The translations under genes and the position numbers were made by a program. 64,000 nt of DNA, from positions 124,001 to 188,000 of the IMG/VR virus record IMGVR_UViG_3300023174_000040. One strand, written 5' to 3'. A model generated the notes under the pieces. It was not told the DNA's origin, made no database searches, and saw only the letters and a list, made by a program, of their open reading frames with translations. Shown in pieces: positions 50,439 through 60,495 of the stretch (positions are counted from its first letter, which is position 1; every line of letters begins with the position of its first letter).

Positions 50439-51143
50439 TTTAATCCACTTCTTGATTGTGTTGCCTGTAACACCATATTTTCTTCCTGTGGCATTATAGC
50501 CGTTTACTTTTATTTCATTTAAAAGCAAATCCATTTCAGGTCTTTCTACTTTTCTCATCTTCATAACTTGTTGTTTATGTATATGGGATACGTAACATCC
50601 AGCACAATATTTGCTGCTCTTTGAAACTTTTTTATCACATAAGATACACAAGTGTTTAACAAACCTTTTGCCACTATGAGTATGTGTTTGGCTATGACAG
50701 TTAGGACAAAGTAATCTTAAGTTTTCAATTCTATTGTCATTTGATATACCGTTAATATGATCTAATTGTATTGTTAATGGTTCACCATGCCACTCACCAT
50801 TGTTTCCACATTTAGAACATTTATTTTCCCATCCTAGTTCAATAAGTAATCTTCTTTTTAAATTACATCTATTATAGGTTGAGTTTTTAACCATAACTTG
50901 TGAAAGAGGAATTTTCTCTGATTGAAACTTCCTTCCCTTATTACTACCTAAGCCTAATTTAATATGGGAATAATCAATCTGCTCTTCGTCCAATCTTCGT
51001 TTAAGTATTTTGTACGATGCTCCACTTGAAACCATTTCGCATTTCCGTATAATCTCTGCTATGCTACTTGAAGATTTAACAATCTCCATCATTGTCTCTT
51101 TAGGTATCTTCCAGAATAAACTTGTTCGCTCCCTTTCACGCAT
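50436..51143 (-). CDS. HNH homing endonuclease
   Basis: CxxC..LDHING...DNR.ENLRLLCPNCHSQT; C-terminal HTH; stop overlaps tRNA-Glu 3' end. Confidence 0.9.
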   Translation of the reverse strand: MRERERTSLFWKIPKETMMEIVKSSSSIAEIIRKCEMVSSGASYKILKRRLDEEQIDYSHIKLGLGSNKGRKFQSEKIPLSQVMVKNSTYNRCNLKRRLLIELGWENKCSKCGNNGEWHGEPLTIQLDHINGISNDNRIENLRLLCPNCHSQTHTHSGKRFVKHLCILCDKKVSKSSKYCAGCYVSHIHKQQVMKMRKVERPEMDLLLNEIKVNGYNATGRKYGVTGNTIKKWIK

Positions 51144-51428
51144 AAATCTCCTTTAAAGTTAGAACCGTGTATACACTAATATAGTGTCCTAACTTTAAAT
51201 TTTAAAAACATTATGAAACGATCAAATAACTATTCTGTGAAAGAAGAAGGCCGCTGGTTTGTGGTTTATAAGGATCACAAGCCAGTCACCGATAAAGGCG
51301 ATATTCACCAAAAGCCATTTGTAGTCAAATGGCAGAATAAAGAATCAGCTGAAAAGTATATAAAAGAATTAAACAAAAACTTTGACGGTGAAACAATAGC
51401 CGGTCTGTATTCGGTACGGTAAGACAAC

Positions 51429-51707
51429 ATGAACACATGGAAAAGCAGTCATAACTTCCCTCCGGAAAAGGATCAGGAAGTTTATTACTTCGGCCCTAAT
51501 ATTGGGATCGGTATTGGCAAATACCATTACGAAGAACGTGAAATAAAGGGGACTAAACTTTGTCCTCATATCTTTGTGAATAATAAGTTCGGAGTAGTAG
51601 ACGCTTGTGATGCTCCATTCTGGATGCCTTATGATAATGAAAAGGCTAAAGGTTGGTGTCCAATCATTCCAAAAGAATATACTAAGGGCATATACGAGAA
51701 CGATTGA
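51429..51707 (+). CDS. hypothetical protein, candidate leaderless
   Basis: ATG 9 nt after motif. Confidence 0.6.
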   Translation: MNTWKSSHNFPPEKDQEVYYFGPNIGIGIGKYHYEEREIKGTKLCPHIFVNNKFGVVDACDAPFWMPYDNEKAKGWCPIIPKEYTKGIYEND

Positions 51708-51860
51708 TTTTGGTACGGTGTGGAGTCAACGAGATACAAACTGTGTGTCTGCCGACAGTATGGCACGGATGAAGATTACGGATATTTCGGGGATAGTGAT
51801 TTTTGATTTTGGTACGGTTGTGGGTTGTTCCGAAACAAACATTCTTCAAAGGATTAGAAA

Positions 51861-52163
51861 ATGTTTTACCTTCAGATTGCCAGTTTAGTTGTTGGATTAC
51901 TTGTTGCTTGTCTCCAGTGTGGTAAGGAAGCCGCTCCTGTTGTTCACACTATTGTGGAGGCAAGAAAGCATCATCACAATGAACCCCAATATAATGTCTA
52001 TAGGGGTTATGATAATAACTACCGGTATTGGAGTGATTCTACCGGAACATATTGGTGCAGGGTGGATCGTCAAGGCTCTATGGAGATTGCTGTGGTGAAT
52101 CAGTCCTCACAATCTCAGCAGCAGATTATGATTTGTCAGACGCCCAACAACACGATTCGTTGA
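51861..52163 (+). CDS. possible lipoprotein or secreted protein
   Basis: hydrophobic N-terminus ending LVAC. Confidence 0.5.
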   Translation: MFYLQIASLVVGLLVACLQCGKEAAPVVHTIVEARKHHHNEPQYNVYRGYDNNYRYWSDSTGTYWCRVDRQGSMEIAVVNQSSQSQQQIMICQTPNNTIR

Positions 52164-52650
52164 TTCCGGTACGGTTCAAGAATACCTCAAAGGAGAAAAA
52201 CAGTGGACAACTGGACTATTATCGACGATACTAAACTCCGCCACGTTTGGCGTTGTGCAGATTGTGATTGTGTTACTCATGTTACTCCGTGGTGGTATGA
52301 AGATGCCGGAACCCCGGTATGCGAAAAGTGCGGCGAAGATATGAAGTATCTTAGCACAGAGTTCAATAACATCTAGTACGGGTTTACCTTACCCAAGGAG
52401 CGGAGCAAAAGATGAACACTGAACTGGAACAAATCGCAAGGGCTATCATCGGCATTAGCGTTGCCGATCTTACTAACGCCGAAAGAATCATCTATAAGAT
52501 TCTGAAGAAGCGTAACATCGTTTGTGAACGGGGTCATTATGTTGAACTTACTAATGATCCAGAACTCAATGCCCACTATGATGAAATGGAAATGTATAGT
52601 CAGAGTCAAGAGTGGCCCGAAGATTATCCCTTCTAGTACGGTGAATAAAA

Positions 52651-52824
52651 GTGAAAATCATTATTGAAGTGAACATGGACAACGATAGTTTCAATGATAA
52701 CCCCAACGAACTGGGTGAGATTCTAACTCAAATCCCCCATAACATTAAAGCGGGGGATAGCGGTAATCTCAAAGACTCTAACGGCAACAAGGTGGGATTT
52801 TGGGACGTATTTGAAAGTTTCTAG
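52651..52824 (+). CDS. small protein (57 aa, GTG start), candidate leaderless
   Basis: GTG 9 nt after AGTACGG; D.NGNKVG.W. Confidence 0.55.
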   Translation: MKIIIEVNMDNDSFNDNPNELGEILTQIPHNIKAGDSGNLKDSNGNKVGFWDVFESF

Positions 52825-53944
52825 TACAGGTATCCTATAAGCGGTGGAAGTCAAAAACGCCACTGGACGTTAGACCAGTATGGATACTTCTAAGGAAAAG
52901 AAAATGTATTGGATTTCTCGCTGGAAAGTTTTCACAATGAAAAACTGGATTTGCTACAATCTGTTTGGTGAACATCCAGATGATGTTGACACTTTTGGCA
53001 TGGTTAGTGGGCTAGGCATTTTGGCTTTCTTGATTTTTTGGACTAGTTATCTTTTTATCTATATTCCTCTTTATTTCTGTCGCTAAAGGATTGAACTAAT
53101 GGATACCATTGATACTCTCAAGATTTGATACTCTCAAGATGCTCAGGTGATACTCTCAAGATGCTCAGGATTTTTGTGGATACTGCTCCCCTGAATAGTC
53201 AGGGTATGGTTGAGCCTGATACTCTCAACTTCATTAGCATGAGGCTGGGTAGTATTGTTGAAACTCTGGAGCGAGAAAAAACTCTCTCTGATGAACTCCG
53301 TCAGATTTTGGTACGGTAAAGGTTTGTCCTAAACATCACTAAACATCACTAAAGAGTAATAAAAATGACAATAACAGACATTTTCATCATCGGTATGTAT
53401 CTAACTAGTCTTTTTGGTACGGTTGTGATCGTAGCGAGTTTCTTTTGGGTGATTGACACTTTGGTCAATGCACTTTACAAGCCAACCTCTAAGATTAAAA
53501 CCATGATTGCTGAGGATGGTAATGAATGGCAGGTGGGGTACATTGACGAGTTCCCCGGCTATAAGAAACTTTTTTAGTACGATCAATCATCAAGGAGAAA
53601 ACCAATGAACGACTTCTACGATGGATTCTATGAAGATTGGTGGGGGACTAAGAATGTGAAGGGTCACGACGCCCACAAGGGATACAATAAACACGATATT
53701 GCCTCAAGGAGAAACTATCGGGACAGGGTATTAGAATACCTTAGACTGGAGTTTTGTGATATTGGGGATTGGTGGCATCTCCCCATCAGCGGTGTTAATA
53801 TCAACAGGGTATTGTTAATCAGCCTTATTAACGACTGCCAGAATGATAATATGAAGATCAACAACGCCAGCGGTGTTGTCTATGAATGGCTGAAGGGCAG
53901 GAATCTGATTTAGTACGGTGAATAGGCAACAGAGGAGAGTAACA

Positions 53945-54265
53945 ATGCAAGAACAAGTCGAACTTTGGCTCGCTGCTTTGACTGAGAAGTCTAACACCAC
54001 TGGGGCTGAGACTAAATACATTCTTGAACCGGGGCGAAAGTATACTAGAGTGGTTCGTCAAGAGCGTTGGCTGGGTAGTAACGGGGAACCGCTGTGGGCG
54101 GTTAACAAAAGTGTCCATGCCTTTATAGACCAAAATGGGGATATTTATAAGGCAGCAAGTTGGAAGGCTCCGGCCAAAAATGGAGCAAGATTTAATGTTG
54201 TGAACGATATTCAACGGTTGGTCGAAGTTTGTGATCCCTATGGTAGTTATCTCTACAAGAGGTAA
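53945..54265 (+). CDS. T4-like-phage hypothetical protein
   Basis: GRKY...VHAFID..GDIYKAASWKAPAK..RFN. Confidence 0.7.
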   Translation: MQEQVELWLAALTEKSNTTGAETKYILEPGRKYTRVVRQERWLGSNGEPLWAVNKSVHAFIDQNGDIYKAASWKAPAKNGARFNVVNDIQRLVEVCDPYGSYLYKR

Positions 54266-54881
54266 GATCAGGTACGGTTATCAACCAGAGGAGAATAACA
54301 ATGCTTTGGCAAAAGAAAAAGAATCGGTATAATACCAAGCCGTATTACGAAGCAAAAGAGGGAGATGTTGTGTATCAACTCCGATATATTCCCTTCAAGG
54401 GTTGGCAAGCATCAAGGCAGGAAGGCAACAGTTGCACCCTGCCGGGAATAAAGAAGGACATGGCGGAGGCTATGGGCTGGTGCATGAGTAACCTTTCGGT
54501 ACGGTAGAGAGATATGGAAAACAGTTTTTACGGTTTCTGGTCAAAGGGAGAAAAAATGCCAGACGATACAAAAACTAGTAGTGGTCTTGACCGGCAAACT
54601 TTGAGTTTCCTTGAAGATTATTACGCAAGGGAGACTGTGAAGCCGGTTTCAAGCCTTATCGAAGCCGCCACACAGTTTGAAAAGGAGCCAGATTTTAAGA
54701 ACTATCTGGCTATGAGGGATCTTTTTAGGGATATTGAAGCAAATATGACACGGAGAGACGCCTTCCGTTGTCATAATCGGTAAAGGATAAGATTCGGTAC
54801 GGTTAGGGTTTGTTCCGACAGCAAGCCAATGAGGCAAGCGGGAACCAAAGGGTTGGTAACTATAAGCAGGAGATGATTACT

Positions 54882-55142
54882 ATGGGTCGCCAAGTTGGTC
54901 AGAAGGGTGTTGATCTTGAGACGTTTCTCACCACGGTTATCGAAGTGCAGCGGGCTGGTGGCAGCGTCGAGGACGTTGCAAGCAAGTTGGGCATCGTTCC
55001 GGGTTCGGTGAGTGTTCGTCTGAGCCAGTTGCGGAAGAAGCACGGGCTGAACATCCCGAAGTTTGAGGGTGGTGGTCGCACCAGCAATACCAAGGAGCGT
55101 GCGACGGAGATTCTCGCCAGCCTTGGCGTCGAGATGCTCTGA
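54882..55142 (+). CDS. HTH protein, paralog 5 of 6
   Basis: GGSVEDVASKLGIVPGSVSVRLSQLRKK; GC hairpin 55154-55189. Confidence 0.8.
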   Translation: MGRQVGQKGVDLETFLTTVIEVQRAGGSVEDVASKLGIVPGSVSVRLSQLRKKHGLNIPKFEGGGRTSNTKERATEILASLGVEML

Positions 55143-55362
55143 AGTTAGTCACACTCACCCCCCGGCCAAATAACAGGCCGGGGGGTGAGGCCCACGGGTT
55201 TCCAGTGGGTACGGTTGGTGGTTCCTGGTTGAAGCCGGGAATCTGACTGGTTGTGAATAACTAAGAGAATAACTAAGAGTTTCATCATGATGTGCTTCCT
55301 TGGATTGTGTAGCGGTATTATTTCTATTATCATTGATAATAACAACCCACGCTAAACAATCT

Positions 55363-55409
55363 TCGACCGTCCCGTTTGGGGATTCACTAGGTTCAATCCT
55401 AGCGGTCGA
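55363..55409 (+). ncRNA. mini tRNA-like structure without anticodon arm
   Basis: TCGACCG/CGGTCGA stem; CCC-GTTT-GGG hairpin; CTAGG-TTCAAT-CCTAG T-arm. Confidence 0.4.
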
Positions 55410-56520
55410 TTTTGGTACGTCGATTTTGGTACGGTAAAACTTCAAAGGAGAATCCAAATGTGGCTTGCAATGGTCATTCGTGACAGTGTTCCTGAGAGTG
55501 TTACCAGTTTCGACAACTACTATGATGCAGTGGGTTGTGCGGACGATTGGATTATTAAGTTTGACCCGTCAGTAACTCATTCAACCCTCCCCCGATATTC
55601 TAGGGGTGAGAGTTACCATAAGGATGGTTTGAGGGTAGATATTCTAGAAATCAACTAGAAACTAGAATCTGGTACGGTCGGGAGTTGTTACCCGAAACGA
55701 AAGGAAATCATGGCGTTAGAAACCACTATTGATGATCTGGTTCAGCGGTTCGGAGAAGAGCCGTTCCCATGCACCTTCATCCATCGGTTCGACCCCGAAA
55801 GGGTGGCGGCATTCGACCGTGAACGGGCGGTACACTGGCTCATCGGCAAGGTCAATGGACCGAAGATCATGTTATCACTCCTGCCGGATCGTCTTGTGTT
55901 CGAGGAGTTGATTGATTCATTGGATTCCTATGGTTGGAATCTGCTGGTCGAGGGTGGCATTAACTATCGCATCAAGAGGCATGACTAGAATCCGGTACGG
56001 GTTAGTGTTGTTCCCTTACCACTTCTCAGGAGTTAAAGATGAAAGTTAGTAAGACTCGTCGCCTGAAGTTGCTCAAGGACATGGAAGCCTCAAAGGAGAT
56101 TCACCAGCGGGGTCACTACACTGTCAACGAGCGGGTTCTGGTTGATACCATCGTCGGCATCATTGAGAATCAGCGGATGATTGAAATATCGGAGGTTGTG
56201 GAACCGGAATCTAGTACGGGTTAGATTTGTACGGTATATTATTTGTAACAACAACCCCTCAAGGAAAAATCAAGATGAACCTCCAGATTAAAGTCGAGAA
56301 GTATATGGACGTTGTGAACGGCAAAATGGCACGGAAGGATTGGATCGAATCTTGCTTTGCAGGTGATATGTATGAAGCAGTTATGTTCGTGAAAAGACTT
56401 TTTCAGAAGGGCGTTAAACTTCCCTGCGGAGATCGTCTTCCTTATCCTAAGGAGGGTTGATAAGGAAAATAGATTCCAGTACGGTTTAGAGTTGAGACCC
56501 AACCACTAAGGAACCAGAAG

Positions 56521-56925
56521 ATGCCGTGGCAAATCGTTGATGAACCCAAGCCAGTCCAGTTCTATCCGGTCGAGACAGATAATGGCACAGAGTTTCGTCG
56601 GGTTGGTGGTCTTATGGTCAAGGGAACCATTCGACACTCCAAGGCTGACGAGGATCAAGTCTGGCGGGTTGTTTATACTAATCGGGCCGGAAGAGGCACT
56701 TTTAGTATTACGGCTCCAGATCGCACCGTAGAGCGTCAGAATCACAAACTAGACTTTGTGAAAGTAAAGGCTAAGGCTACGGTCTACAGGAACGGGAATC
56801 GTAAAGGTGGAATGACCCCTCACGCTTTCCAGCGGGAACTAGCAGAAATGTGCGGTGGAAACTTCGCTGGTAGTTTCTATGGTCAAATGGTCAATGCTGT
56901 GAAGGTGGCATTGGGGGCCGAATAA
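56521..56925 (+). CDS. hypothetical protein
   Basis: motif upstream; long hairpin terminator 56938-57005. Confidence 0.65.
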   Translation: MPWQIVDEPKPVQFYPVETDNGTEFRRVGGLMVKGTIRHSKADEDQVWRVVYTNRAGRGTFSITAPDRTVERQNHKLDFVKVKAKATVYRNGNRKGGMTPHAFQRELAEMCGGNFAGSFYGQMVNAVKVALGAE

Positions 56926-58535
56926 AGAGGAATAAAGTCCCCCCGATCATATTGCCGATTCCACGCTTTGCGTAGAGTTTTCAATATGATCGGGGGATTT
57001 TTTTGTTCTTTCCTTTTATGTTTTTGGTACGGTAAAAAACCAAAAGGAGAAAAAGTGATGACCCCAGAGCAAAAAAATATCATCGACCGTGCTCTTAGCA
57101 CTCTTATCTGGGAGACTAAGAAGAATATTCTGGACACCCAGAATAGCGGTGAGTTTGATGCCGCAGTCAAACAGTTCCTCGTTGAACAGAGGAAGTTATT
57201 GGAGGATGCAACCATACTCCGAAAGGAACTCAGGGAAGAAAGTCTTTGGAATCCAGTACGGTAAAGGTTTGTCTTAACCCTAGCCCAAAGGAAAAACAAA
57301 TGTTCAAGAACATCAAGTGGTTCGATGGATTGTCTTGGGTCAGTGGTTACATTCTGGAGATCATGTTCAAGGACGGTAAGAAGGGTTACATTAAGAATAC
57401 TGACCGCAAAAAGATTAGTCATCTTTTTGAAACTTTGTGGAACGACCACAACATCATCGGTTTGACCGTCTATAATATTGATGAAAAGGTTGAGGATGCT
57501 AAGTATCGTTATCTTGGTTGAAATAGGTACGGTAAACTCTTGTTCCATCAACAAAGAGGACTAAAAGAAATGACTGCCGTTATCACTGGCCCGAATGTTG
57601 AAAAGTATCGTCTGCTCAGTCTCAAGAGTGCATTGAAGTTGGAGACTAAAGGATTGAAGCACTCAAGGTTCAACGTCAGCCAGATTGTGAAAGGTATTCT
57701 GGCCGAAAAGGGAATCAAGCCTAAGAATAATAAGATTCTGTTGCTCGTCCAGTTTGAAACCTACTTGGAGGGGGTCATCTGAGGCTTATGTCTGGTACGT
57801 AAAAGGCTTACCCCCGGAGAACTTGTGATGGCCGCTCGTTACGTTACCATCTCTGAAAACATGATTGAGCCTAGGCTCCTTGTTGAAGGTTACTTAAACG
57901 CAAACACAATAGCAGAACGCAGAGAGGCATTTCACTTATATCGTGTATTAACTGAAAGTGAAATGAGTCAAGTCGCTAGAGAAATGGGTTACATTGCCTT
58001 GGTTGATCTTAATCCAAGGTGGATTGAAACCAGTTACTGTAGATTTTATGTTCGGTTAACCTAGGGTAAAACCTAGGTTAACTTTTTAAGTTAACAACTT
58101 AATGTCTGGGTACGTAGAAGGGGTACGCTTTCGGTACGGTAAACTCTTGCCGATAACTCTGGGAGTTTCATCATGAAGAAGTATGAAGTAACCTGTTGTG
58201 ACACGGGTAAAACAATAGTCTTGACTCATAAAGAGATGGTCGAAAAGTTCGGCAAGGTTGAGTTCAAAGAGATTCTGAAAGGATACCTTCCCCATCTGGT
58301 CGCTGTTGAAGTATTCAGTACGGTAGATGGTTGTGAACCCAACACTCAAAGGAGAGTCTAATGGATGACTTTGACCACTTTGATATGATGCAGGAAACAG
58401 TCCTCTGGCCTTGGGTTGATGATCCAAGTTATGACAATGAAGATGCAGAGGATGAATGTAACTATGATCCAACGGAAGAAGAAAACTAGTACGGTAAGAA
58501 ACTGTTATCTTTCAATAACCAATAAAGGAAAAACC

Positions 58536-58781
58536 ATGAAGCGTCAGACTGTTAGCGTTGAAACGTTCGTCAATGTCATCATGCGGCATCTCAACAATGG
58601 TGGAAACCAAACCAGTGTTGCTAAGGAGTTGGGAATCACTCCGGCAGCGGTTTGCCTCCGCCTCAAGTATCTCCGTCAGAACGGTGCTTGTGTTCCTAAG
58701 ACTAAGAAAGAGTTGAAGTCTCGCCGGAACAAGGCAAGTATCGTGGCCGCTGCCAACAAGGAAATGAAGGGTTGGAAGTGA
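58536..58781 (+). CDS. HTH protein, paralog 6 of 6
   Basis: GGNQTSVAKELGITPAAVCLRLKYLRQNG; GC hairpin after. Confidence 0.75.
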   Translation: MKRQTVSVETFVNVIMRHLNNGGNQTSVAKELGITPAAVCLRLKYLRQNGACVPKTKKELKSRRNKASIVAAANKEMKGWK

Positions 58782-58870
58782 AAAGGGGAGAGGGGGGAGA
58801 AACAAAAAACTCCCCCCTCTCCTTCTGGTACGGTTAATGTTTGTAACCTTAACCAAAAAGGAAGTTTCAA

Positions 58871-58981
58871 ATGCGTAAGACTCGTTGTGCTGGCAAGGCG
58901 GTTGGAATGAGTTATTGCAAGCATCTTCGCAAGTTTGGCAAGCGGGTCGCTAACAAGGCAACCCGCCGGGAAAAGTTCTAA
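58871..58981 (+). CDS. 36-aa highly basic peptide
   Basis: MRKTRCAGKAVGMSYCKHLRKFGKRVANKATRREKF; AAGGA RBS, motif upstream. Confidence 0.5.
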   Translation: MRKTRCAGKAVGMSYCKHLRKFGKRVANKATRREKF

Positions 58982-59246
58982 TCTGGTACGGTGTCAGCGA
59001 TTGAGACTGACAAACTGTTGTTGAAAGCAAATGATAAGGGAGGGATTAAAGGGATGAAAAAGATCATTGTCGAGATCGAGGCCAGCGATTGGACTCAGGA
59101 AAACATTGATAGTTTACATGATTGGCTTCAGGACGAACTACAAATGGGCAACATGGGAACTGGCGATGATGCTCATGTCGTGAGCATCAAGTTTGCTGAA
59201 AGTCTCTGAGGCAACCCGCCGGGAAAAGTTCTAATCTGGTACGGTG
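58956..59246 (+). repeat. ~37-bp exact direct repeat flanking a small gene (59054-59209)
   Basis: AGGCAACCCGCCGGGAAAAGTTCTAATCTGGTACGGTG at ~58956 and ~59209. Confidence 0.9.
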
Positions 59247-59523
59247 GTTGAGTGTAAGGAACTTCAACCTCTGGAGAAAACAGATGACTCCTGTTGAGAT
59301 TGCCATTAAGGCCAAAGACTTCTTGAAGGGTAAAAAGTATCCTTCAGAGAGAATGATCCAAGACGCATTAGAAGCCAGCATGGTTTCTTGTGGCATTGAT
59401 CCCGAATCGGGTGCGGGGATGTTTCTTTATGGTCTGTCCTTGCAAGTCTGGTCTGAGCAGCGGTGATAGTATCTGGTACGGTTACTGAGTGTAAGGAACC
59501 TTCAACCCTCTGGAGTTTAGAAG

Positions 59524-59997
59524 ATGAACGACATTCAAATGCTGGCTCTGAGCAAAGTGAAGTTCGACCGGGATAACATTCCGGTTGGGGATCATACGGT
59601 TGATTTCACGGTTCGGGTCAGTGGAACCGTCAAGGTGGGCGACGATTACGAAAGGGACGCTACCACTAGCATCCCGTGGTTGGAATCGGTGGCTCTGTGG
59701 CAGGAAACCGCTAGTGCTGCTTGGGATAGCCTTATCAGTCGCATGGATAAGGGGGAGACTATCACCCGTAGTGATCTGGTTGCAATGCGTAAGACTGGCC
59801 CGCTTGCCACTGGGGTGCTCGTAGATTGCATTAGAACGGCGTTGGTCAAGGGGGAGTCTGCGGTAGGGTCTATCCTTGATCGTGTCACAGAAGTCAAAGA
59901 GGGCGTCGAGAACGTGAAGCGGGAGTTGGTGAAACAACTCCCCAAGCAAAGTTGCAAGGGGGCAACTAAGGTAGTCTGCGATTGGCAGATAGTCTAG
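59524..59997 (+). CDS. hypothetical protein
   Basis: GGAG RBS; last gene of the motif array. Confidence 0.65.
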   Translation: MNDIQMLALSKVKFDRDNIPVGDHTVDFTVRVSGTVKVGDDYERDATTSIPWLESVALWQETASAAWDSLISRMDKGETITRSDLVAMRKTGPLATGVLVDCIRTALVKGESAVGSILDRVTEVKEGVENVKRELVKQLPKQSCKGATKVVCDWQIV

Positions 59998-60015
59998 GTT
60001 GTCTATTCGATTCCT

Positions 60016-60091
60016 GGCAGCGAGTAATGGGTACAGCCGGGCGTTAGGCCCGTGCCGAGGCCATGCAGCCATTAGTGTGGCGCTCGCTGCC
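60016..60091. ncRNA. candidate GC-rich structured RNA
   Basis: GGCAGCGAG/CTCGCTGCC, TAATGG/CCATTA and CGGGC/GCCCG nested stems. Confidence 0.45.
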
Positions 60092-60495
60092 GGGGGGAGG
60101 GGCTAAACTCTCCCCCCCTTATTACTGGCGGGTAGGATTCTGGTACGGATTCGTGGTATGTGAGAAGAATCCGGTACGGTTCCTTGAAAAATGAAAACAG
60201 TTTTTGGTACGGTATATTTTTACAAAGTTAAAAACTGAAAAACTAAAACTGAAAAACCCTGGGGGTAGGGTTTGGTACGGGTACCGGTTCAACGCCATTA
60301 CGCCCTTTTTCTTTTCCCTTTATATTTCTTTTTCCCGAGCCATGAACTTTAAATGAACTTTAGAATGGGCTTCCCTACTTTTTTTCAAAGTTATATCCAA
60401 TTAACTTTAAACATACCCCCATAAACCTATAATTTTCCAAAAACGGTTTCTAAAAAAATCCGGCGGGTATAATTTTTGAGATACTGTAGGGTTTT

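Larger units (their letters stand above)
44330..60290 (+). promoter_or_regulatory. dense array of (G/A)GTACGG(T) motifs, about one per gene
   Basis: cores at 44340, 44658, 45372, 45768, 46387, 46487, 47776, 48319, 48450, 49214, 49930, 50359, 51413, 51712, 51811, 52168, 52375, 52635, 53310, 53912, 54271, 54498, 54796, 55208, 55428, 55671, 55994, 56213, 56478, 57026, 57255, 57526, 58133, 58488, 58827, 58985, 59238, 59475, 60142, 60173, 60206, 60274. Confidence 0.8.

Noticed and set aside
44330-60290. GGTACGG array as CRISPR or classical integron attC array
   Set aside because: The core is only 7-8 bp and non-palindromic, the intervening segments are whole genes of variable length, and there is no attC R/L box structure or integrase in the window.
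6416-60290. GGTACGG as an alternative Shine-Dalgarno
   Set aside because: Most copies are followed by leaders with their own GGAG/AGGA, or by tRNAs, and the downstream purine rule holds regardless of start codon position.
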